A stretch of DNA of 38,860 bases from a virus (Duplodnaviria; Caudoviricetes), in IMG/VR virus record IMGVR_UViG_3300011438_000156, positions 1-38,860 of that record; one strand, 5' to 3'. Position 1 is the stretch's first letter; each line of letters opens with the position of its first letter. The position numbers and the translations under genes are program-made. This document shows positions 8,983-18,780 of this stretch, piece by piece. The notes under the pieces were generated by a model, which saw nothing but the letters and a program-made list of their open reading frames with translations, did no database searches and was not told the origin of the DNA.

Positions 8983-9689
8983 ATTAGAATACCTCGTCGT
9001 TTCCACGCAGCTCTAAATGGACGACGACGATAAATAATGGATTGCTTACCTTTAATGCTTATCCCTAAGCTTCTATCTAATGCTAAGGACGCATTACTAT
9101 TAAGTGAAGTTGCTCTATTTGGATTCTCACCTAAAAACTCAGCACAAAGAGCAGCAGTTCTATACTGTAAAAATGAAGCTGAATTAATAATAGTTAAATT
9201 ATCATCAACATTATCAGAATCAATAATTGAGAAAAGAGTTTTAATATAATCTAATTTAATATCATTATCAGCACTGCAAGATAAAATACGTATTTCTTGA
9301 CTAAGCCAAGCCCATACACCAATAAATGCTATTTCTCCACTACCACTAAGTTCTTGGCTTGTTAAATATTCTTTTTTATCAACTCTAATCCAATTATTTT
9401 GTCCTTCTGGACTTGAAAAGAGTTCATTAATTTCAATTAAATCATCAGGTAAATAATCAACTCCAACAATAGGAGGATCAGGAGCAAATGTTATGGCTGT
9501 TGTTCCAGAAGGAACATTAATAACAGCCGATGACTCCTGAGAAGAAGGAATAGAGTTTAACTCAAACATCTCCTGTAACTCAGATAAAGCTATATTCAAA
9601 TACGGAAATTGACGAGCATTAGTATATTCACTCTTACTAACGTCGTTCAATAAGGCCGCTGAATTAGTCAGCACATCATCGTATGTCAT
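8979..9689 (-). CDS. Head-tail adaptor / tail tubular protein A-like
   Basis: MTYDDVL..ALLND..YT..YLNIALSEL helical start, YLPDDLIEI, C-terminal helices; position before the nozzle gene. Confidence 0.65.
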   Translation of the reverse strand: MTYDDVLTNSAALLNDVSKSEYTNARQFPYLNIALSELQEMFELNSIPSSQESSAVINVPSGTTAITFAPDPPIVGVDYLPDDLIEINELFSSPEGQNNWIRVDKKEYLTSQELSGSGEIAFIGVWAWLSQEIRILSCSADNDIKLDYIKTLFSIIDSDNVDDNLTIINSASFLQYRTAALCAEFLGENPNRATSLNSNASLALDRSLGISIKGKQSIIYRRRPFRAAWKRRGILI

Positions 9690-9698
9690 TAATCTATC

Positions 9699-10376
9699 CT
9701 AAGAAACAAATTTAATTTCTGGTCCCTTATAATTAGGATCAATAGCTTTGCAGTTTGAACAAACTGGAAAAGCTGGATTCTTTAATGTTCCACAAGCTTT
9801 GCAAGGAACAAGTTCAATAGTTGTGAAATCCATAAGCCAAGGTTTGTTATCTAAATTTAACTCTTTAGCAGCAAGTCTCATCTGCTCAGAAATGCAAAGA
9901 GGATTCCCATTAGCTCTAGCCCAAAGAGAATCAGCAATTCTAGTAAGCATCAAGAACCAATCTCTCTGTTTCCTATTAGCTTCTTCAAGAGTAGTTCTAT
10001 AACGCATTTTAATTTCAGTTAGATTCATTTCACCCGGAATAAAGAATAATCCAGGTCCGGCATCGACTGATGAAAAATCAAATTGAAGATCTTTAATAAT
10101 TGATTCAGCGATAGCAACAGAACTGATAGGAACTTCAATAGTAGGCCGGGTATCTCCACTATAAGACCACCATGAACTTGGACCTACTACTAAAATTGCT
10201 GGATTATCAAATCTACCAGCAGGAATTTCAAAAATACCAGGTTCAATAGTATTCTTAACTTCCCTAATAACTTGTGGATAAATAGATACAATAGTGGATT
10301 TATCTATTGGATTCTTCGGCATCCTAGTAGTAATAGGAGGACGTGGTGGAGGAAATTCTGCAACTTGGTTAGCCAT
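9699..10376 (-). CDS. Hypothetical protein with a C-terminal Zn ribbon
   Basis: CKAC-x10-CSNC. Confidence 0.8.
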   Translation of the reverse strand: MANQVAEFPPPRPPITTRMPKNPIDKSTIVSIYPQVIREVKNTIEPGIFEIPAGRFDNPAILVVGPSSWWSYSGDTRPTIEVPISSVAIAESIIKDLQFDFSSVDAGPGLFFIPGEMNLTEIKMRYRTTLEEANRKQRDWFLMLTRIADSLWARANGNPLCISEQMRLAAKELNLDNKPWLMDFTTIELVPCKACGTLKNPAFPVCSNCKAIDPNYKGPEIKFVS

Positions 10377-10971
10377 CTGAACTTACCTTTTCTGTTTTTT
10401 CAACAGAGTCTTTTTGCTGATCTTTATGAAACTCTATCTGACCAGCAGGATTTATGATTCCTTCCTTATAATGCACAGCATCCATAGTTTCTGTTTCATT
10501 ACCAAACAAATCATTCACCATAGTTTTAACTATATTAGCTCTGTATTCAGGGTCAACATCTGGATCATTATATTTTTTAGTTCCAGGTTTTTGACCAGAT
10601 AATCTAAGTAAGTTATCAATGGCAACACAACACATATCTAATCGAGGAGGAAGATAATTCTCTTTAGAATCCATGAATACATGAGCTGGTTCATATCCTA
10701 TCTTAACAGTTAAATCTGTATTATTAGTATCAATAGGAACTAACCGTTCAAGAATAAATTTACCTTGAATATATTGTTTATATTTAGGTAACTCTCTAAC
10801 TTCTGGATAAAGCAAATCAAATCCCTCATTAGTTTTATCAGTCCATCTCTTCTCAAATTGATCATCAGAAAATACAACACGAAAACGAGGCATATCATCA
10901 GCATATGGTTCATTACCATACATCTTTACTAACTGTTCGTTTATATAATCAATTGGTTCAACGAGTTCCAT
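10369..10971 (-). CDS. Hypothetical protein, 200 aa
   Basis: Long coupled ORF in the late operon. Confidence 0.8.
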   Translation of the reverse strand: MELVEPIDYINEQLVKMYGNEPYADDMPRFRVVFSDDQFEKRWTDKTNEGFDLLYPEVRELPKYKQYIQGKFILERLVPIDTNNTDLTVKIGYEPAHVFMDSKENYLPPRLDMCCVAIDNLLRLSGQKPGTKKYNDPDVDPEYRANIVKTMVNDLFGNETETMDAVHYKEGIINPAGQIEFHKDQQKDSVEKTEKVSSDG

Positions 10972-10973
10972 AA

Positions 10974-11306
10974 TTACAGCTTCCAGTAAGGAGAATTAAT
11001 TGGAACGTCAGATTCTAAACCACCATGTTCTTCAAGTATCTGTTGTTTCATTGATATTTGAGGTGGTCCTTTATGTTCATCTTCTTCTTTTTCGGATACT
11101 GAACCTTCAACTATCTCTCCAATTTTAGCGTCATCTGGTATATCCATAGTAATAACAGCATCAGGTTCGCCTTTCTTAGCAAATGGATTAAAGGTTACAG
11201 ATGGCACCGCTGGTTTATTTAATTCTTTATCTAATTTATCAGAAGCATCTTCATTAGCTTTTAAATCTCTAGCAAATTGTTCTTTTTCGTCTTCACTCTT
11301 TGACAT
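10974..11306 (-). CDS. Acidic low-complexity protein carrying an FNPFAKK motif
   Basis: RBS GAGGT before ATG 11306 (start reassigned). Confidence 0.75.
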   Translation of the reverse strand: MSKSEDEKEQFARDLKANEDASDKLDKELNKPAVPSVTFNPFAKKGEPDAVITMDIPDDAKIGEIVEGSVSEKEEDEHKGPPQISMKQQILEEHGGLESDVPINSPYWKL

Positions 11307-11317
11307 AATTACCTCAA

Positions 11318-11361
11318 TTAAGATTGGGTTTGATATTATCTCCCCCAACCTCAACCTTAAT
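11318..11361 (-). terminator. Intergenic stem-loop (terminator or processing site)
   Basis: Minus strand ATTAAGGTTGAGGTT ... AACCCAATCTTAAT forms an imperfect stem; no clear U tract. Confidence 0.45.
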
Positions 11362-11365
11362 AGTG

Positions 11366-12280
11366 TTACGCCGGAACTGTAATGATGTAAGCAGCAGTAT
11401 CAGTTACGAAATTTCTCCAAACATCAGTAGTTCCAGGCTTATAACCTTTAGCAATTGTTACATTTGCAGCTGCATCAGAGAAGTAATTTTCTAATACCAT
11501 ATTCAAATCACCTTGACCGGCGACTGCAACAAGGTTAATTTTGAAGTTGGTATCATTAGCAGCTTGATTGAGTATATTTCTCCAGAACAATCCTTGAGAT
11601 GAACTCATTCCAATAGCATTAGTATTACGTAAGAATAAATTATCTCTAACTATCCAACCAAGCGGAACAGCAGCACCAGTATTTAATCCCTTAATTCCAG
11701 TTGTTAATCCTTCAAATCTACACTGATCAACAAGAACCCTACTTGCTCCACCATTATCCTCAATACCAATTCCACCAGAAATTCCATTAGCACCAAATAA
11801 ACAATTATCAAATGAAGCATGAGAAGCATCAGTTGTATCAACGCTTGCACTTCTAGTCAAACGAATACAAGCTGAATTAGTATGTGGACTAAATTCAACA
11901 CCACTAATAGACCAACCAGCAGCACGTAATTCTAATAAAGGAGTAGTAGCTAAAGCACCACTAGCAGGAGGCATCCATGTAGCACCTCCACCAGTAGGAA
12001 CACCACCAGATGTAGCTTGTCTTTGTCTATTAGCAGCTCCAATAATAGTTACATCATAAACACCTAATGGAGCAACAGCTTGTTCGCGCAATACTCCACC
12101 AAGGATAATAGTATCTCTAGATTTTAAATTAGGAGCTAATGTAGTAAATGTAGTAAATGAACCTCTTGGCCCATTACCATCAGGAAATAAATACCAAGTA
12201 TTATTAAGCTGGCCAAAACCAGTTAATCCTGCTCGTTGATTATTTCCTCTTTGATCTCGCCAGAACCCTTCCATTGTCAT
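11366..12280 (-). CDS. Right-handed beta-helix (pectin lyase-like) virion protein
   Basis: RDTIILGG, VTIIGA, WSISGVEF, FDNCLF, VDQCRF, VRDNLF repeats; RBS GGAG. Confidence 0.75.
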   Translation of the reverse strand: MTMEGFWRDQRGNNQRAGLTGFGQLNNTWYLFPDGNGPRGSFTTFTTLAPNLKSRDTIILGGVLREQAVAPLGVYDVTIIGAANRQRQATSGGVPTGGGATWMPPASGALATTPLLELRAAGWSISGVEFSPHTNSACIRLTRSASVDTTDASHASFDNCLFGANGISGGIGIEDNGGASRVLVDQCRFEGLTTGIKGLNTGAAVPLGWIVRDNLFLRNTNAIGMSSSQGLFWRNILNQAANDTNFKINLVAVAGQGDLNMVLENYFSDAAANVTIAKGYKPGTTDVWRNFVTDTAAYIITVPA

Positions 12281-12389
12281 TTAGTTCTCCAGCTTAAAAA
12301 GCCAGTAAGTTCTTAATTAAACTTACCAGAGAGCCGTGTGCGTTTATTGTATACGACACCCCACATGCCAAAATGGCTAAGAATCATAG

Positions 12390-12707
12390 TTATTCAGGCA
12401 CAACAGCAGCAGCTTCAGCTAAAGCAGTTTTAAGATTATTTAACTGATCAGTAACAGCATCAAGAGCAGCAGCATCTTCAGTGCTTAAGCTTCCACCAGC
12501 TAAAAGCTTCTGAATATCAGCACTAATATTGTTTAATGATTCTCCTGCAGCTGAAAAAGCAGCAGTAGAAGCATTAACGAACTCTTGCATCTTTGACGAT
12601 AAAGCCATGAGTCTCTCTCCTTGTTGAATTTGTCTTGCTCTAATATCTTTAAGTAAAGCTAGAGATTCATCACTATGAACGAAAACATGAATCTCTAGCT
12701 TCTGCAT
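12390..12707 (-). CDS. Ala-rich coiled-coil protein
   Basis: RBS AAGGTG; possible second start at MALSSK after AGGAG. Confidence 0.75.
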   Translation of the reverse strand: MQKLEIHVFVHSDESLALLKDIRARQIQQGERLMALSSKMQEFVNASTAAFSAAGESLNNISADIQKLLAGGSLSTEDAAALDAVTDQLNNLKTALAEAAAVVPE

Positions 12708-12719
12708 ATAATCACCTTA

Positions 12720-13046
12720 TTAAACAACAGTCCAAGGATACCAGAGTTTAGTTCTTGGATCATAAGATAGAGTAATTGGACGATCAACAACAGAAGTATA
12801 AGCAATAGCAATACCATTAGTCTGAGCAACAACTCCTAATGCAGCATAAGCTGAGGAGAATACTAAAGTAATTTCACAATAACCAAGTGGATTAGGTGGA
12901 ACAATAGCAGTAAGCTGGACAGTTCCAGTAAGACGAGTAAATTTATGTTTAGGAGTAATAGTAGCAGCAGAAGCTTCTGTATTAGGAGCAGCTTGCTGTT
13001 CACTCTGAGCAGAATAGAAATCGAATGGGTAGAAGTCTCTTGACAT
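12720..13046 (-). CDS. Putative capsid accessory / decoration protein
   Basis: RBS AGGAG; small beta-rich ORF just downstream of the capsid gene. Confidence 0.6.
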   Translation of the reverse strand: MSRDFYPFDFYSAQSEQQAAPNTEASAATITPKHKFTRLTGTVQLTAIVPPNPLGYCEITLVFSSAYAALGVVAQTNGIAIAYTSVVDRPITLSYDPRTKLWYPWTVV

Positions 13047-13058
13047 TATTATCTCCTA

Positions 13059-13289
13059 TTAATCTGCAATGGTTACTGCGTAATTTCCGTTAGAGATAGT
13101 AACAGTCATAGTAGCTGGAGCATTTAAAGCTACTCTCATGACTTTGTTACTAGTATCAACCATAGTAAGAATATTAGTTTCTGCATCAATAGCAAAGGAT
13201 TTAATATTGCTAAAGACTTTAGCCTGAATAGCAATACCAGCACCAACAAATCCATCAACAGTTAAGGTTGCTACGTTTCCAAAAGCCAT
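13059..13289 (-). CDS. Small beta-rich protein downstream of the capsid gene
   Basis: RBS AAGGAG; 76 aa. Confidence 0.7.
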   Translation of the reverse strand: MAFGNVATLTVDGFVGAGIAIQAKVFSNIKSFAIDAETNILTMVDTSNKVMRVALNAPATMTVTISNGNYAVTIAD

Positions 13290-13301
13290 TATATAATCTC
13301 C

Positions 13302-14552
13302 TTAATAACCAGCAGGAACTGCCAGGTTGTCAATATATGCAGTAGCAGCAGGATTCATAACCCAAGTCTGGAATCCAATAACCATATAGAAAATATCCGC
13401 AGTAGCAACACCACCTGATGCACCACGAATTTCAAAAATCTTTCTACCATCTGAAGTATAAAATCCAATTGGAAGAATTTCAGCTCTACCCCAAGTTGAT
13501 TCATTAATAAAATCAATACGAGTTCTATTCCAGTTGAAGTGCGTCCTCATAGGAGCACCAGCCAACTGCATGTTATCACCAAAATAAAGATTAAGATTTT
13601 CATCCTTAGCCTGCTTATGAATAATAGAGATTAATTGACCAATCTCTTCATAAGCCTGAGCCTGAGCCGGATGAGTCCAAGCAGTTAATTTAACATTGTT
13701 ATCAATACCAACCCTATTACCAATCTTGTTAATAGCAAGTCTTGGACTAGGAAGTGATAAAGCAGAACCACCACCATTAACCCGATTTGAACGGATTTGT
13801 GGGGTAGCTCCACGATCATATCCTAACCAAGTTCCAGTGCTACTATTAGAGTGATGATAAGGAACACCAAATAAAGCAGGTAATGCAGCAGGATCATTAA
13901 GACCATCAGTAATTAGAACGTCAGTAGCAATAGCACTAGCAATAGCAGGAGTAACTTTGATTTGCTTATTCTCTGTATCCCAGAAAGTGATTTCACCCTT
14001 ACCACGATTAGTAAGAAGATCAGCAGAAAATACTTGAACAATCTGCTTCTCTCTAGTTAATCGAGCACCGAAACCATCTGTGTTAAGAGTATAAGTATCA
14101 ACACCACCTGAAGTTGCTACAGCACTAATAGTTCCAATTTGACCAGTTCCGGGCTGCTGAAGCTGGGCATCTAATTGACGTCTCATTTCAACTAATGCTC
14201 CGGCGGTTAATTTGCGAACTGCATTAATAACAGCTTTACGCTTATCATCAGTAGACCATTGAGCTAATTTAGTATATTCAATATTCTCTGACATGAATAC
14301 AGGTTGAAGAGTAGCCTTATCCCAGGTAGGACCAGAACCACGTCCCATATCTTGACCATTAGGTCCAAAATATTGAAAACGACCACCAGGAGAAATCTCC
14401 ATTGGTGCTCTCATTTCCCTATAACTAACTACTTCAACATTACGCTTCTTAATACTACTGTAGAACATATCATCACTCTCAAAGACTGTAGTGACCTTTG
14501 GAGTAACTCGTTCTAGTTCAGTAGCAGCTACAGCAGATTCATTCACTGGCAT
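13302..14552 (-). CDS. Major capsid protein (HK97 fold inferred)
   Basis: 416 aa; order portal-scaffold-capsid; long backbone-like helix AVINAVRKLTAGALVEMRRQLDAQL; C-terminus NPAATAYIDNL. Confidence 0.8.
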   Translation of the reverse strand: MPVNESAVAATELERVTPKVTTVFESDDMFYSSIKKRNVEVVSYREMRAPMEISPGGRFQYFGPNGQDMGRGSGPTWDKATLQPVFMSENIEYTKLAQWSTDDKRKAVINAVRKLTAGALVEMRRQLDAQLQQPGTGQIGTISAVATSGGVDTYTLNTDGFGARLTREKQIVQVFSADLLTNRGKGEITFWDTENKQIKVTPAIASAIATDVLITDGLNDPAALPALFGVPYHHSNSSTGTWLGYDRGATPQIRSNRVNGGGSALSLPSPRLAINKIGNRVGIDNNVKLTAWTHPAQAQAYEEIGQLISIIHKQAKDENLNLYFGDNMQLAGAPMRTHFNWNRTRIDFINESTWGRAEILPIGFYTSDGRKIFEIRGASGGVATADIFYMVIGFQTWVMNPAATAYIDNLAVPAGY

Positions 14553-14556
14553 TTGT

Positions 14557-15873
14557 TTAATCTCTACTTAAAAAATCCTCAACACTTTCTCCTTGTTTAC
14601 GTTCATTGGCCTTAGTAGTTTGCTGATGTGGCCTTCCAGCGTTTACATTTTTCCTCTCACGAGGAGTTTCTTCTTTTTCTTCTTCTTTTTCTTTACCCTT
14701 AGAACGATTATCTTTTAATACATTTGATCTTACTTCTTTTATAACATCAGCTAATACACCTCTAGCTTTACCAAGATAAGATTTTTTAATACCATTGAGT
14801 GAGTTTTCACTAAATTTATCACCAAAAGCACCTTTCCATAACCTATCTAAATTCTTCTTAAAGTTAATATCACCAGCTATCTTTTTATGAAGTTGATCAA
14901 GTGCCTCATTGACAGCATTTCTCTTTTCATAAGCCGTCATTAAACCACGAGGATCAATATACTCAGCAATTGTTGATTTAAGAACATTATCAACTTTAAC
15001 TGTTAAACTATCACGAGCAGACTCAAATCTTTCTTTCATGAGTTCAACTCGTTCTTGCTGAATCTTGTCTGCTTCTTCAGACTTCTCTTCTTTTACTCGA
15101 ACCTTTATAGGTTCCCACTTATCTGTATCAAAGAGAAACTCATGAAGTAATTTAGCAGCTTTGTCTAATTCTTTATCATCCTTGCGTTTGGCTAAATCAG
15201 CCATTCCCAAGATAATTTGTTTTGCAAAATTTCCAGTTACATCCTTATATGCTTCTGGGTCAATATCATGAAGTGTCTTGAGGTATGTATCAACAATTTT
15301 ATCAAATGCTTTAGGATCAGTTTCTTTTACAGTAGATAAAACATTTTTAGTATTACCAGATAAAAGTTCACTTTCAAATTCATTAAGACTATCTACCTTA
15401 GCATATATTGCCTTAGCTTCATCAAATGAACCAAACATTTCAGTGTAAGCTCTATCACGAAACATCATTTTATCGAAGAAAGGGAACTTCTTAAAAAACT
15501 CTGGAAACTCTTTTTCAATTTCTTTTCTACGTGGAGGAGCAATTATATCTTTTTCATTATCTTCCTTTAAATCTAATTTTTCTTTTTCTTCATCATCGTC
15601 ATCATCTTCTTTTAATTTGATTTCATCTTTCTTATCTTTATCATCCTTATCTTCATCATCTTCTTCAGATTTCTCTTTATCACCTTTAGTTTCAAGTTCT
15701 TCTTTATCGTCGTCATCTTCTACTTTAAGTTTACCTTTATCATCTACCTTATCATCATCTAAGAAGGATTCAATATCATCAGCACTTTGATTACCAGCAG
15801 GCTTACCTGCTTTGTCCTTAGAAGTGGACACTTCACCTTTAGGTGCAAATGGATTACTAAACGGGGTTGCCAT
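14557..15873 (-). CDS. Capsid scaffolding protein
   Basis: Very acidic D/E/K N-terminus, helical body, short C-terminal helix ESVEDFLSRD; lies between portal and capsid. Confidence 0.7.
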   Translation of the reverse strand: MATPFSNPFAPKGEVSTSKDKAGKPAGNQSADDIESFLDDDKVDDKGKLKVEDDDDKEELETKGDKEKSEEDDEDKDDKDKKDEIKLKEDDDDDEEKEKLDLKEDNEKDIIAPPRRKEIEKEFPEFFKKFPFFDKMMFRDRAYTEMFGSFDEAKAIYAKVDSLNEFESELLSGNTKNVLSTVKETDPKAFDKIVDTYLKTLHDIDPEAYKDVTGNFAKQIILGMADLAKRKDDKELDKAAKLLHEFLFDTDKWEPIKVRVKEEKSEEADKIQQERVELMKERFESARDSLTVKVDNVLKSTIAEYIDPRGLMTAYEKRNAVNEALDQLHKKIAGDINFKKNLDRLWKGAFGDKFSENSLNGIKKSYLGKARGVLADVIKEVRSNVLKDNRSKGKEKEEEKEETPRERKNVNAGRPHQQTTKANERKQGESVEDFLSRD

Positions 15874-18292
15874 TAGATTTATCCTTCATTTTTCCTGGTC
15901 CTTGACCTTTAGAACCAGAAGTGTTTTGATCCTTACCATTAGGACCAGTTTGTTGCGCTGCCTGAGTCATTTGCATAACAGCCATTTGTTTATTTAATTC
16001 AGCAATGTGTTGTTGATAATGTAATAGAACATTCATATAACCATCAGGATTTTTAACTTTAGCTAATCTACCAGCATCTCCTACTAACCAAGACCTATCA
16101 ATTTCAGATGCAACTTTATGATTATCAAGTATAGGATCAATTGGAACTGAAGGAGCAAATTGAGGTTCCATTGGTTGATTTGGTTGTTCTGGATTCTCTT
16201 GAACATTTGGATTCTCTTCCATTCCAGGTTCAACCATTGGCATACCAAGAGGAATAGGAACTGAATTAATAAGTTCTTTAATTTCCTCATATTCTTTTTG
16301 CCGGTCATCTTCACCAGGAAGTCTAAACTGGGGAATCCTAACAATCTTCCTAATCCAAGGTAGATTCTCAGGAGCAGCTAACGCTTCAAATACTTCAGCA
16401 TTATTTAAAGTCATTAACTGTAAGATTAAATCTCTTTGTTGCTCTTCTGTTATTGGAAGTTGTTCTGCATTCTCTAATTCCACTGAGCCGATAGTGCCAC
16501 TCAACTCAGCTTTCTCAATAAATACATTAACAAAATCACCTTGTTCATTCTTCTTAACAAACTTTTCATCTTCAACAATACATTTCATATAAGCAGGAAT
16601 AGCAACACCAAATACTTTCTTCCACCAAATAGTTAACATCTTCCAAGGAGTTTGAAGTCTTTGGAGAGACATTCCTTTAGCTTGTGCATATGCAGCGGCA
16701 GTTTCACCACCAGCACCTTGCATTGTTCCACCAAATATAGCTGGTAACGCACCAGAAACAAATTGACCTAATTCATTTATGATCTTATAGAATTGAAATA
16801 TTTCAGGACTAACACTTGCAGCCTGAGTAGCATAGAAAGCATCCGATACTTTTTTATTTCCCATTCCTTGTTTAATTGGAGAATAAGCACCAGGAATTAC
16901 TTCTCTTTGATTAATAGCATCAACAGCTACTACAGAAGGATCAACCCAATTCTCTGGGATTCCATGTTCAATCAATTGAAGTGTAAGGCTAATAAGATCA
17001 TTGATAATGTCTTGAATATTAACAAGAATCTCACCTAAAGGTTCGTGATTAAGATAATCACTTGTAGGATTCTGAGTGAGAACCCAATGATCGTCAAGAG
17101 ATTCAGAACAGACTTCAGCAATTACATCTTGAACAATTACAACTTTTACCCCGTTTGGATATTTCTTTTTAAGAGCTTGAGCTTTTTCTTTGGTCTCTAA
17201 CCAATTATAAGATGCTGGACGTAACCAATATGTTTTCATTGAAACATTATCATCAGGAACTGTGCCTCTATATTGAATATTTAATCTTGCATATTGTTCA
17301 ATAGGATCAGAACCTTGATTAGAAGCCCAACCAGATTTATCTATTTTATCCCATAAATCAGGATAAGCTTCTAGAACATTTACATATGAAGTCTCAAAGA
17401 ACCAACCTAAATATGGAGTATCAGCTTGCTTTTTAGCATAGTTTGCAACTTTAACATACAATCCACCATATACTTCCATGCAAACGCGAGACTTAGCTTT
17501 AGTAGTAGTTCCATTAAAACGTGGAATCATTAAAGTTGATTGAGCCAAATTAGGATCAATAGCAATAGCACATTCAGGACATACAACAGGTTCTAAAACT
17601 TCATCACCAAGATTTAATGGTTTTTCATCATCATAATCTTGTAATTCAACATCATTTTCATTTGGGTCAAATTTAACCTTCAACTGCTCACTTATCATCT
17701 TAGCTTGAATGACCATCTCTTCATCAAGCTGTTTCTTACAAGATGGACAGAAATAACCAGTTACTGATTCATCTTTATATTTCTTTTCTTTATAAGTTCC
17801 ATATTTTTCATCAGCATCAGTATAAACATACATAGCAATTAATCCCTCTGTGCAATATATGTATAATGCTTGGAGCCAGAGGAAAATTACGTTGTTATGT
17901 TTGTATAGGAGTTCACTTATTTTATTTCCAGCTTTAGCTGTTGCTATATCATTTGGATTATCAGCATCATCTGGGGCACAAGAGATTGCTGGTATATTAA
18001 CAGATAGAGCAGCAATGATTGTTTCTAAGAATGCTTTGAATACGTTGACTGGTCTATCATAATAACTTTGATCTTCAGCTCCAGCAGAATCAGCACCTTG
18101 ACCCCAAATTTTATATGAGTTCTCAGCTTCAGACCAAAAGACCTGTGAGAAATTATTCCAATAATATTTTAATCGTTTCCAATATCTAACTTGAATCTGC
18201 CGGGTAGACAGATCTTCATTATATGCTTTGTCACATATAGTTTTAAGATCTATTTTAATTGGATCTTCTTCAGTATACTTACCGCTTCCCAT
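15857..18292 (-). CDS. Portal protein (P22-like size) with a Zn-ribbon-like insertion
   Basis: 811 aa after the terminase; NVFKAFLETIIA..P..DIATAK, IQDIINDL..IEH, P/Q-rich tail; FCPSC and VCPEC pairs. Confidence 0.8.
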   Translation of the reverse strand: MGSGKYTEEDPIKIDLKTICDKAYNEDLSTRQIQVRYWKRLKYYWNNFSQVFWSEAENSYKIWGQGADSAGAEDQSYYDRPVNVFKAFLETIIAALSVNIPAISCAPDDADNPNDIATAKAGNKISELLYKHNNVIFLWLQALYIYCTEGLIAMYVYTDADEKYGTYKEKKYKDESVTGYFCPSCKKQLDEEMVIQAKMISEQLKVKFDPNENDVELQDYDDEKPLNLGDEVLEPVVCPECAIAIDPNLAQSTLMIPRFNGTTTKAKSRVCMEVYGGLYVKVANYAKKQADTPYLGWFFETSYVNVLEAYPDLWDKIDKSGWASNQGSDPIEQYARLNIQYRGTVPDDNVSMKTYWLRPASYNWLETKEKAQALKKKYPNGVKVVIVQDVIAEVCSESLDDHWVLTQNPTSDYLNHEPLGEILVNIQDIINDLISLTLQLIEHGIPENWVDPSVVAVDAINQREVIPGAYSPIKQGMGNKKVSDAFYATQAASVSPEIFQFYKIINELGQFVSGALPAIFGGTMQGAGGETAAAYAQAKGMSLQRLQTPWKMLTIWWKKVFGVAIPAYMKCIVEDEKFVKKNEQGDFVNVFIEKAELSGTIGSVELENAEQLPITEEQQRDLILQLMTLNNAEVFEALAAPENLPWIRKIVRIPQFRLPGEDDRQKEYEEIKELINSVPIPLGMPMVEPGMEENPNVQENPEQPNQPMEPQFAPSVPIDPILDNHKVASEIDRSWLVGDAGRLAKVKNPDGYMNVLLHYQQHIAELNKQMAVMQMTQAAQQTGPNGKDQNTSGSKGQGPGKMKDKSNGNPV

Positions 18293-18407
18293 TTTTCTTA
18301 TCTTTCTTTTTAAATGTGAAAAGCGATTTTTTATCCTTAGCAGATTTAGCTATGATTTCCTTCTCTACTTCTTTAGAAGGGCCAATAGATTTATGCTGGC
18401 TTTTCAT
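18279..18407 (-). CDS. 42-aa Lys-rich protein, not in the ORF track
   Basis: MKSQHKSIGPSKEVEKEIIAKSAKDKKSLFTFKKKDKKNGKR overlaps both neighbours and fills the gap. Confidence 0.55.
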   Translation of the reverse strand: MKSQHKSIGPSKEVEKEIIAKSAKDKKSLFTFKKKDKKNGKR

Positions 18408-18780
18408 CTACTAAACCTAATTCATTCTCTAGTTTTTCAATAGATTGTGGGGTAACGGCGTTAGATGATTGCTGGCCTTTAGATAAATCATCAGGCTTAG
18501 CTATATAAGGAGAGGTTCTAATTACATCAGTCTTAATTCTTTCAGACTGTTCAAGTAAACCTCTTCGCCTAGCAAATGTTAATGCTGATTGTTGAAGAGG
18601 ATTTAATATTTTAGTATCAACAGGCTGAACTACAACGGCAGGTTTAGTAAGAGCAAGAAGAGTCTCCATTAACTCTTTCTTCTCTGCGTTAGCATAATCT
18701 AATTGCATCTTTAAAGTCTCACATGATTTGCAAGACTCATAATCTTTAGCGCCAAAGATATAAAGTAGAAGGCGTATCAT
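18391..18780 (-). CDS. Hypothetical protein between terminase and portal
   Basis: TAATG-coupled to TerL; CKSC followed by a coiled coil. Confidence 0.75.
   Translation of the reverse strand: MIRLLLYIFGAKDYESCKSCETLKMQLDYANAEKKELMETLLALTKPAVVVQPVDTKILNPLQQSALTFARRRGLLEQSERIKTDVIRTSPYIAKPDDLSKGQQSSNAVTPQSIEKLENELGLVDEKPA

Noticed and set aside
15540-15790. TCATCATC / TCTTC low-complexity tract as a DNA repeat
   Set aside because: Explained by the Asp/Glu/Lys-rich scaffold N-terminus
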